The notes under the pieces: generated by a model | Seen by the model: the letters and a program-made list of their open reading frames with translations, nothing else | What the model was told of the DNA's origin: nothing | Database searches by the model: none | Shown here: positions 9,501-16,211 of the stretch, piece by piece | Layout: each line of letters starts with the position of its first letter | Position numbering within the stretch: position 1 is the stretch's first letter | Translations under genes and position numbers: made by a program | IMG/VR virus record: IMGVR_UViG_2547132281_000005 | Reading direction: 5' to 3' (one strand) | DNA length: 17,319 nt | DNA from: a virus | Lineage: Duplodnaviria; Heunggongvirae; Uroviricota; Caudoviricetes

Positions 9501-10520
9501 TTATCCTCTGAAACCAGGCGGAATTTCTGTATCCGGTTCAGAAATATGATTAACACAACGCTGTACAGGTGAACGCCCCAGGCGGATGACCAGTTCGTCC
9601 CATTTTTCGCGGAGCTTTGACGGGCTCATGATGTTTTTTACCCAGAACGGATCCCGCTGTACCCGACCAAACATTTCACAAATTTGTCTGTGGCTTCTGC
9701 CATCCAGCATCCGCATTGTGCGCACATCATTGGCCCAGACAGTCCAGTTAGGCTCTTTTGGTCGCATGATCTCGCCATCATCACTGGCGGCCTGTTCGTA
9801 GAGACCCACGATCCGCCCCCATATCCACTGCGCACACGCCAGATCCTCCTGGCTACCCCACTGGCGTTTTTTCGCACTAAACACAACTGCGCCAGGGTGC
9901 CGGATTAAAAAATCCTGTTCAGCCGTCTGCGGGTCCGGTTGCGAAGCTTCCGGACGAAAAGTGTTTTTATTCTCTGTAGTAATCTCTGTTGTATTCTCTG
10001 TAGGATCATCGGGCCATTTTGACCCGATGACATTGGGTCGTTTTGAACCAATGGAGCGTTTCATTTTGACCTCTTCCATCGTGTCATTTTGACCTGATGG
10101 AGCGGCGCATTTTGAACCGATGGATTCGCTCAATTTGCCATCATCTAAAAGCTCGCTCCCATAGTTAATCGTGTAGAAATTGGTCATATCGCGCTTTGAT
10201 TTATTGAGCTTTTCACAACGCAAGAGCCCCAGCGTTTTCAGACTTGCAAACGCGCGCTTTAACGTTGACTCTGACCAGAATGGGAACTGTTCCAGCCATT
10301 GTTCCGTTGTGTTGTAAATCCAGCGAACACCATCACATTCCATGCCGGAATTGGTATCTCTCAACCAGTAATGCAACTGCTGCAACACAATGGCTTCATT
10401 TAAGCCAATCTTCATCGCAAGCTGTGTGTTTATAACCAGTGGGCGTTCAGCAAAAAGAAGGCTCATAATTCCATCCAGCTTTTTGTTGGTATTGCTGTCG
10501 ATACGCAAGTTTGAAAGCAA
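9501..10520 (-). CDS. Phage replication initiation protein (replisome organiser, O-like) with internal origin iterons
   Basis: N-terminal region (LNEAIVLQQLHYWL...WIYNTTEQWLEQFPFWSESTLKRAFASLKTLGLL) resembles phage replisome-organiser N-domains; repetitive middle encoded by the iterons. Real start may be ATG 10466 (MSLLFAERP...), which shortens the overlap with the upstream gene to 20 nt. Confidence 0.7.
   Translation of the reverse strand: MLSNLRIDSNTNKKLDGIMSLLFAERPLVINTQLAMKIGLNEAIVLQQLHYWLRDTNSGMECDGVRWIYNTTEQWLEQFPFWSESTLKRAFASLKTLGLLRCEKLNKSKRDMTNFYTINYGSELLDDGKLSESIGSKCAAPSGQNDTMEEVKMKRSIGSKRPNVIGSKWPDDPTENTTEITTENKNTFRPEASQPDPQTAEQDFLIRHPGAVVFSAKKRQWGSQEDLACAQWIWGRIVGLYEQAASDDGEIMRPKEPNWTVWANDVRTMRMLDGRSHRQICEMFGRVQRDPFWVKNIMSPSKLREKWDELVIRLGRSPVQRCVNHISEPDTEIPPGFRG
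10015..10123. repeat. Iteron array (candidate replication origin) inside the replication gene
   Basis: Five copies of CATTTTGA(C/A)C-N-GATGG at 10015, 10039, 10062, 10085 and 10108 (23-24 bp spacing; third copy degenerate), preceded by three TCTCTGT(A/T)G repeats at 9971-10004. Confidence 0.6.
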
Positions 10521-10968
10521 TTGCTTTTTCTATAAGTTCGTCAGTTTCACGATCCACTACGGCAGGATCAGCAAAAAGCAGTCCGGACTCCACCACATCG
10601 CCATATTCTTTGTTTAACCCGGCGATCATGTACGTGATGCTTTTTCCGTCACTAATTTCACGATACAACCTGAAATCATTAATCCGGATAGCCTCCATAA
10701 TTGCAGGCACTAGCGCCGTGAACTTTTCACGCTTATCCCTGGTGTCGATAGCCTTCCAGCGTTCGAATATCTTCACTCGATTAACGCCAAGCGCTCGCTG
10801 ATCAACCGCGCCACCTTCATCTGTGACACGCTGAACATCGATGTTCGGGCGCTCTTTCAAAGCCCAGAATGCTTCAGTGATTAATATCGTCGCCTGCTCC
10901 TGTGTCATTCCTGGTCGACATATCCAGGCATCCAGAGCCTCACGAGCCTGTTCAGGAGTGATTTTCAT
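10447..10968 (-). CDS. Hypothetical 173-aa protein in the cII / YdaT position
   Basis: Lies between the Cro-like gene and the replication gene on the same strand and overlaps the Cro-like stop by 17 nt. Family assignment is positional only. Confidence 0.55.
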   Translation of the reverse strand: MKITPEQAREALDAWICRPGMTQEQATILITEAFWALKERPNIDVQRVTDEGGAVDQRALGVNRVKIFERWKAIDTRDKREKFTALVPAIMEAIRINDFRLYREISDGKSITYMIAGLNKEYGDVVESGLLFADPAVVDRETDELIEKAIAFKLAYRQQYQQKAGWNYEPSFC

Positions 10969-11179
10969 TGTTCAACCGCCCCGCCCGCTTCGTCTTACGA
11001 TATTCGTCATAAACCTTGGGATCATACAGAAGCTCGCCGCCAGATGCCTCCTGTAGACGCATCGCGCGACCTTCAGGAACTAGCTCTTGCCATTGAGAAA
11101 CAGCAGATGGGTCAACGCCAGCAGCTTTCGCTACTTTGGCTTTCGTACCGTAAAAATTAATTACGTCTGATTTAAACAT
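10952..11179 (-). CDS. Cro-like / YdaS-like HTH regulator (about 75 aa)
   Basis: ATG at 11179 preceded by GGAGG (complement of 11184-11188) with a 4-nt spacer; HTH segment TKAKVAKAAGVDPSAVSQW; divergent from the repressor gene. Confidence 0.65.
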   Translation of the reverse strand: MFKSDVINFYGTKAKVAKAAGVDPSAVSQWQELVPEGRAMRLQEASGGELLYDPKVYDEYRKTKRAGRLNNENHS

Positions 11180-11191
11180 CGCACCTCCAAT

Positions 11192-11207
11192 ATTGAGTTT
11201 TCTCAAT
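11192..11207. promoter_or_regulatory. Palindromic operator candidate in the divergent repressor/cro promoter region
   Basis: Perfect 16-bp palindrome ATTGAGTTTTCTCAAT; the same TTGAGTTTTCTCA core recurs twice at 11729-11778. Confidence 0.45.
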
Positions 11208-11664
11208 GCTAATCACTCAAGGAATCTCAAGTCAAGGATTATTAAGATATCTAAATATGAACGAGAAAACTTTAGGTCAACGCATTAGAGAAAGACGTAA
11301 GCAGGTAGGCTTAAGTCAAAACGGTTTAAGCAAAGCTGCTGGCGTATCTGGCTCATCAATTTCATTATGGGAAAGTGACCATACAGCCCCGCGCGGGCAA
11401 AATTTGCATCGCCTCGCCGAGGTATTGCAATGTTCACCAACCTGGATACTGTTTGGCGACGAGGACAAAACACCAGCTCCCCCTGTTTCACTCGATAGTA
11501 CCCTAGACTTATCGGAAGATGAGTTAGAGATGCTGCGTTTGTATCGCGCACTTCCTAAATCAGAGCAACAAGCACAACTCAGCGAACTCCGCGCCCGCGT
11601 TGAGAATTTTAATCGCCTGTTCACCGAGCTATTAGAGGCTCGCAAACGCAACAAGCATCAATAA
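11206..11664 (+). CDS. cI/C2-like prophage repressor, N-terminal HTH (XRE family), no S24 peptidase domain
   Basis: From the internal ATG 11257 the protein starts MNEKTLGQRIRERRKQVGLSQNGLSKAAGVSGSSISLWE, like the P22 C2 / RacR-type N-terminus as I recall it. Either 11206 or 11257 may be the start; both lack a strong SD (possibly leaderless). Confidence 0.8.
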   Translation: MLITQGISSQGLLRYLNMNEKTLGQRIRERRKQVGLSQNGLSKAAGVSGSSISLWESDHTAPRGQNLHRLAEVLQCSPTWILFGDEDKTPAPPVSLDSTLDLSEDELEMLRLYRALPKSEQQAQLSELRARVENFNRLFTELLEARKRNKHQ

Positions 11665-11728
11665 TCATCCCTTCACAAAATTTTAAAGCCTTACATTTCA
11701 ATGTATTGGCTTTATCTTGCGCCAACAC

Positions 11729-11780
11729 TTGAGTTTTCTCATCAAAAAACCTTGACGAAAAATAATGAGAAAACTAAATT
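11729..11780 (+). promoter_or_regulatory. Candidate early-left promoter flanked by operator half-sites
   Basis: TTGACG (11752-11757), 17-nt spacer, TAAATT (11775-11780), bracketed by the inverted repeat TTGAGTTTTCTCAT (11729-11742) / ATGAGAAAACT (11765-11775). Confidence 0.4.
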
Positions 11781-11856
11781 ACCTCCATCAACACACCGCA
11801 CGGTGTTCTCCGCAAACAGTTCCGCTACCCCGGCGTTAAGGGGAAATGAGGTCAGC

Positions 11857-12012
11857 ATGGATACTATCGATCTTGGCAACAACGAATCTCTGGTGTACGG
11901 CGTGTTTCCAAACCAGGACGGCACGTTCACCGCAATGACGTATACCAAAAGCAAAACGTTTAAAACCGAAAATGGTGCCCGTCGCTGGCTGGAAAGAAAC
12001 TCAGGTGAGTGA
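11857..12012 (+). CDS. Hypothetical 51-aa protein (YdaF-like position and size)
   Basis: ATG 11857 with GAGG 5 nt upstream; MDTIDLGNNESLVYGVFPNQDGTFTAMTYTKSKTFKTENGARRWLERNSGE; stop TGA 12010-12012. Confidence 0.55.
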   Translation: MDTIDLGNNESLVYGVFPNQDGTFTAMTYTKSKTFKTENGARRWLERNSGE

Positions 12013-12013
12013 T

Positions 12014-12142
12014 ATGGATTTCGACACAATCATGGAAAAGGCTTACGAAGAATACTTCGAAGGCCTTGCCGAAGGCGAAGAAGCTCTCAGCTTCAGTGAG
12101 TTTAAACAGGCGCTTTCCAGCTCGGCAAAATCTAACGGCTGA
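12014..12142 (+). CDS. Hypothetical 42-aa acidic protein (YdaG-like position and size)
   Basis: ATG 12014 two nt after the upstream stop, with AGGTGA 5 nt upstream; MDFDTIMEKAYEEYFEGLAEGEEALSFSEFKQALSSSAKSNG. Not in the ORF track because it is under 60 aa. Confidence 0.4.
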   Translation: MDFDTIMEKAYEEYFEGLAEGEEALSFSEFKQALSSSAKSNG

Positions 12143-12171
12143 TAAGCGAAGCAGCACCGCGAGGAATCAGT

Positions 12172-12390
12172 ATGCAGAAACGAGAACCCGTCATCATCGC
12201 GCCAGACTATACCGATGATGAACTTTATGAGTGGATGCACCAGAAAATTAATGCAGCGCAGGATCTGAAATGGGCCAATGAAGCCAGGGCTAAGCAGGCT
12301 GAAAATCTGTCCGCTCTGGAGCAGGATATCACTAATCTGGAAAAAGCAGCGGCATTAAGCATTGCCAGAATGATTACATACCCGCGTTAA
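12172..12390 (+). CDS. Hypothetical 72-aa protein
   Basis: ATG 12172 with GAGGAA 5 nt upstream; stop TAA 12388-12390. Confidence 0.6.
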   Translation: MQKREPVIIAPDYTDDELYEWMHQKINAAQDLKWANEARAKQAENLSALEQDITNLEKAAALSIARMITYPR

Positions 12391-12393
12391 TAG

Positions 12394-12791
12394 CTAACCA
12401 ACGAAGCTAAGGTTGGTAATTAAGGAGTTCTCCACGGATGAGGTGGAGTGCGTGCGCCGGACACGGGTGAGCATCCGGCACAGACAGTTTACTGAAAGGA
12501 TATTTCCCTGAAAGGTCAGACCATAACGCGAAAGCGCACGGCGAGGTAGCTGGTTCATAGATAGCCTGTCGTTAAATTTTCGTCGACCGTGCGCTTCCGG
12601 TTGTGGCAATCCGCGAAATGGCGCGGCGGTGAGTATGGCGGGGTTATTCCTTCCCCGTTGAGGACACCGGGTTGTCAGGTTGACCATACGCTTAAGTGAC
12701 AACCCCGCTGCAACGCCCTCTGTTATCAATTTTCTGGTGACGTTTGGCGGTATCAGTTTTACTCCGTGACTGCTCTGCCGCCCTTTTTAAA
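12394..12791 (+). ncRNA. GC-rich structured non-coding region (candidate ncRNA or structured leader), strand assumed from the flanking operon
   Basis: No plausible ORF on either strand. Consecutive perfect stems: ACCAAC/GTTGGT (12397-12417), CTCCAC/GTGGAG (12430-12448), GCCGGA/TCCGGC (12456-12479), CGC-GAAA-GCG (12527-12536), GCGCACGG/CCGTGCGC (12534-12594), CCGCG/CGCGG (12611-12626), CGGGG/CCCCG (12639-12657), GGGTTGTCA/TGACAACCC (12669-12705), and GGCGG...CCGCC followed by CTTTTT (12746-12788). Confidence 0.3.
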
Positions 12792-12795
12792 GTGA

Positions 12796-12937
12796 ATTTT
12801 GTGATGCGGTGAATGCGGCTGAGCGCACGCGGAACAGTTAAAACCAAAAACAGTGTTATGGGTGGATTCTCTGTATCCGGCGTTAATTGTTAACTGGTTA
12901 ACGTCACCTGGAAGCACCAGGCACCGCATCACAAAAT
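12796..12937. repeat. Perfect 16-bp inverted repeat pair bracketing about 110 bp
   Basis: ATTTTGTGATGCGGTG (12796-12811) and its exact reverse complement CACCGCATCACAAAAT (12922-12937); interior carries GTTAAC-tg-GTTAAC palindromic sites. Confidence 0.5.
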
Positions 12938-12957
12938 TCATTGTTGAGGACGCGATA

Positions 12958-13146
12958 ATGGAAACGTTATTACCAAACGTTAATACGTCTGAAGGTTGTT
13001 TTGAAATTGGTGTCACTATCAGTAACCCTGTATTTACTGAAGATGCCATTAACAAGAGAAAACACGAACGGGAGCTATTAAATAAAATATGCATTCTTTC
13101 AATGTTGGCCCGTTTACGTCCGATACAAAAAGGATGCTGGCAATGA
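12958..13146 (+). CDS. Hypothetical 62-aa protein
   Basis: ATG 12958 with GAGGA 7 nt upstream; its stop TGA (13144-13146) overlaps the next ATG in an ATGA arrangement. Confidence 0.45.
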   Translation: METLLPNVNTSEGCFEIGVTISNPVFTEDAINKRKHERELLNKICILSMLARLRPIQKGCWQ

Positions 13147-13334
13147 ATACAGCATTTGCACTTGTTCTGACAGTTTTTCTTGTTTCCGGAGAGCCAGTTG
13201 ATATTGCAGTCAGTGTTCACAGGACAATGCAGGAGTGTGTGACTGCAGCAACCGAACAGAAAATTCCCGGTAACTGTTACCCGGTCGATAAAGTTATTCA
13301 CCAGGATAATAACGAAATCCCGGCAGGTCTTTAA
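13143..13334 (+). CDS. Small exported protein candidate (63 aa, N-terminal hydrophobic signal-like segment, two Cys)
   Basis: ATG 13143 with AAAGGA 8 nt upstream; MNTAFALVLTVFLVSGEPVDIAVSVHRTMQECVTAATEQKIPGNCYPVDKVIHQDNNEIPAGL. Confidence 0.5.
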   Translation: MNTAFALVLTVFLVSGEPVDIAVSVHRTMQECVTAATEQKIPGNCYPVDKVIHQDNNEIPAGL

Positions 13335-13426
13335 AACAGTTCCGTAATAAACATCCGATTTCATTCTTATATGCCAGCAATGGCAGGGATTTGTTCACCC
13401 TTAAATCTGTAATGAGGTAAAACAAA

Positions 13427-15898
13427 ATGAGTAAAGTCTTTATTTGCGCCGCCATTCCGGACGAACAGGCAATAAAGGAAGAAGGTGCCGTCGCTGTAGC
13501 CACTGCCATTGAAGCCGGTGATGAACGTCGCGCCCGCGCAAAATTTCACTGGCAATTCCTGGAACATTATCCGGCTGCTCAGGACTGCGCTTATAAATTT
13601 CTTGTTTGCGAGGATAAACCCGGTATACCCCGCCCTGCCCTCGATTCCTGGGATGCTGAATATATGCAGGAAAACCGCTGGGATGAGGCGTCTGCTTCCT
13701 TTGTCCCGGTCGAGACTGAATCCGATCCGATGAACGTCACTTTTGACAACCTAGCCCCTGAAGTACAGAACGCTGTCATGGTTAAGTTCCACACATGTGA
13801 AAAAATCACTGTTGATATGGTGATTAGCGCACAGGAATTGTTGCAGGAAGACATGGCAACATTCGACGGCCATATCGTTGAAGCGTTGATGAAAATGCCA
13901 GAAGTTAACGCTATGTATCCGGAGCTTAAGCTGCATGCCATCGGGTGGGTTAAGCATAAATGTAAGCCTGGTGCCAAATGGCCCGAAATTCAGGCAGAGA
14001 TGCGCATCTGGAAAAAACGTCGCGAAGGTGAACGCAAGGAAGCCGGAAAATACACGTCTGTTGTTGATCTCGCCCGCGCCAGAGTCAATCAACAGCACAC
14101 TGAAAATTCAACAGGAAAAATCAACCCGGTCATTGCTGCCATTCATCGCGAATACAAGCAGACATGGAAAACACTGGATGACGAACTGGCCTACGCTCTC
14201 TGGCCTGGTGATGTGGATGCCGGAAACATTGACGGCAGCATCCATCGCTGGGCAAAAAATGAAGTTATCGACAACGACCGCGAAGACTGGAAGCGTATCT
14301 CGGCATCAATGCGCAAACAGCCTGATGCCCTTCGCTACGACCGCCAGACTATTTTTGGCCTTGTCCGTGAACGTCCGATCGACATTCACAAAGACCCTGT
14401 GGCACTGAACAAATACATTACTGAATACCTGACTACAAAGGGCGTGTTTGAAGATGAAGGAAGAAATCAGAGCGCAACTGATACTCTCTCGTCGCCAGTA
14501 CCAGAAACTGATGCAGTGGAAACGGCAATTCCGGACAACGAAAAAACCGAATGCAAAGTGGAAGTCGAACCATCTGTAGAGCGTGAGGGGCCGTTCTACT
14601 TCCTCTTCACCGACAAGGATGGCGAAAAATACGGTCGCGCAAACAAACTTTCTGGTCTGGATAAGGCGCTGGCTGCCGGGGCAACTGAAATCACGAAAGA
14701 AGAATATTTTGCCCGCAAAAACGGCACATACACAGGTTCACAACAAAATACTGATGCATCTGACACGACCGCACAACCAGACCTGGTAAAAGTTACCGCT
14801 GACGAAGTAAACAAAATTATGCAGGCAGCCAGTATCAGCCAGCCTGACGCTAATAAGTTGCTCGCTGCATCACGTGGTGAATTTGTTGAAGGGATTAGCG
14901 ACCCGAATGATCCGAAATGGGTGAAGGGGATTGAAACCCGCGATTCTGTGCACCAGAACCAGTCAGAAACGGAACAGTACGACCAAAAAGCGGAACAAAA
15001 CAGCCAAAATGCGTTACAAAACGAGCCAGAAACGAAACAACCTGAACCAGTCGTGCAACAGGAAGAGGAAAAAGTTTGTACCGCATGCAATCAGACTGGT
15101 GGTGGTAACTGCCCTGATTGTGGCGCAGTGATGGGTGACGCAACCTACCAGGAGACATTCAACGAAGAAAGCCAGGATGAAGCCCGGGAAAAAGATCCAG
15201 AGGAAATAGAAAATGCCGGACTCCCGAACAAGGAGTGCACCGAAGGCGATCAACATGCCAATGACAATAATGAAATAGGCGAGACAGCAAATCCCTTAAT
15301 TAAGGTGAACAGTCATCGTAAAAGCACATCCACCAGCAGGTTGTGGCACCATCTGATGATTGACCTTGAAACCATGGGAAAAAATCCTGATGCCCCGATT
15401 ATCTCAATAGATGCAATATTTTTCGATCCGCAAACCGGAGATATGGGACCGGAATTTAGTAAGACTATCGATCTGGAAACTGCTGGCGGAGTCATTGATC
15501 GTGACGTCATTAAAAGGTGGCTGAAGCAATCACGTGAAGCGCAGTCTGCCATTATGACCGATGAAATCCCGTTAGATGATGCACTGTTACAATTGCGGGA
15601 ATTTATCGACGAAAACTCCGGTGAATTTTTTGTTCAGGTCTGGGGAAATGGAGCCAACTTCGAAAACACGATTTTGCGCCGTTCATACGAACGGCAGGGG
15701 ATCCCCTGCCCATGGCGTTACTACAACGATCGCGATGTACGCACAATCGTTGAGCTGGGGAAAGCCATAGACTTCGATGCCAGAACGGCTATTCCATTCG
15801 AAGGTGAGCGCCATAATGCACTTGATGACGCCCGTTACCAGGCAAAATACGTTTCAGTTATCTGGCAAAAACTGATCCCGAATCAGGCTGATTTTTAA
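13427..15898 (+). CDS. Large multidomain protein (823 aa) with C-terminal DnaQ/Orn-like DEDDh 3'-5' exonuclease domain
   Basis: ATG 13427 with GAGG upstream. Central acidic/Gln-rich linker and CxxC-x9-CxxC zinc-ribbon-like motif (CTACNQTGGGNCPDCG, about 15076-15123). C-terminal about 185 aa (15341-15895) carry MIDLETMG (Exo I), VWGNGANFENTIL (Exo II-like) and HNALDDARYQAKY (Exo III). Confidence 0.85.
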   Translation: MSKVFICAAIPDEQAIKEEGAVAVATAIEAGDERRARAKFHWQFLEHYPAAQDCAYKFLVCEDKPGIPRPALDSWDAEYMQENRWDEASASFVPVETESDPMNVTFDNLAPEVQNAVMVKFHTCEKITVDMVISAQELLQEDMATFDGHIVEALMKMPEVNAMYPELKLHAIGWVKHKCKPGAKWPEIQAEMRIWKKRREGERKEAGKYTSVVDLARARVNQQHTENSTGKINPVIAAIHREYKQTWKTLDDELAYALWPGDVDAGNIDGSIHRWAKNEVIDNDREDWKRISASMRKQPDALRYDRQTIFGLVRERPIDIHKDPVALNKYITEYLTTKGVFEDEGRNQSATDTLSSPVPETDAVETAIPDNEKTECKVEVEPSVEREGPFYFLFTDKDGEKYGRANKLSGLDKALAAGATEITKEEYFARKNGTYTGSQQNTDASDTTAQPDLVKVTADEVNKIMQAASISQPDANKLLAASRGEFVEGISDPNDPKWVKGIETRDSVHQNQSETEQYDQKAEQNSQNALQNEPETKQPEPVVQQEEEKVCTACNQTGGGNCPDCGAVMGDATYQETFNEESQDEAREKDPEEIENAGLPNKECTEGDQHANDNNEIGETANPLIKVNSHRKSTSTSRLWHHLMIDLETMGKNPDAPIISIDAIFFDPQTGDMGPEFSKTIDLETAGGVIDRDVIKRWLKQSREAQSAIMTDEIPLDDALLQLREFIDENSGEFFVQVWGNGANFENTILRRSYERQGIPCPWRYYNDRDVRTIVELGKAIDFDARTAIPFEGERHNALDDARYQAKYVSVIWQKLIPNQADF

Positions 15899-15962
15899 TG
15901 TTCAACCCCGGTCGTTGCCCACCAGCTATAGTGGCGGCGACCATGATTAGCGAACGACGCTC

Positions 15963-16211
15963 ATGGCAAGACTTATTCTGCTCACTGAGTGGGCAAAAGA
16001 GGAATTCAGTGAACCGGTCCCAACTCCGAGTACGTTAAGTAAATACGCTAAAGCCGGAATGATATTTCCTCTCCCCAAAAAAGTTGGAAGACGCTGGCGA
16101 GTGGATCCGCAAGCTCGCTTTGTCGGAATGGTAAACAAGCCGGAGGTGATCGCCACAGATCACCCTGCTTTGAAGAGGATACTGGAAGATGGCGCGCCCG
16201 CGAAAATATAA
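15963..16211 (+). CDS. xis: Excisionase (Xis)-like protein, 82 aa
   Basis: Small basic protein immediately upstream of and overlapping the integrase start; KYAKAGMIFPLPKKVGRRWRV resembles excisionase-type DNA-binding motifs. Confidence 0.7.
   Translation: MARLILLTEWAKEEFSEPVPTPSTLSKYAKAGMIFPLPKKVGRRWRVDPQARFVGMVNKPEVIATDHPALKRILEDGAPAKI

Noticed and set aside
12394-12729. 111-aa minus-strand ORF across the structured region
   Set aside because: TTG start with no RBS and an Arg/Pro-rich low-complexity product typical of translating GC-rich hairpin DNA; the stem-loop structure is the better explanation.
12394-12791. Retron msr/msd, tRNA, tmRNA, rRNA fragment or group II intron explanation for the structured region
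   Set aside because: No reverse transcriptase or intron ORF nearby, no tRNA T-loop/CCA features, and no match I can recognise to rRNA or tmRNA sequence.
12759-13364. 201-aa minus-strand ORF
   Set aside because: It is antisense to two RBS-supported plus-strand genes (12958-13146, 13143-13334) and to the inverted-repeat region, so it is most likely a shadow ORF.
13427-15898. Calling the 823-aa protein RecE (exonuclease VIII)
   Set aside because: Position and size fit, but the C-terminal motifs are DnaQ/Orn-like (DEDDh) rather than the PD-(D/E)xK signature expected for RecE, and no recT follows. Left as an open question.
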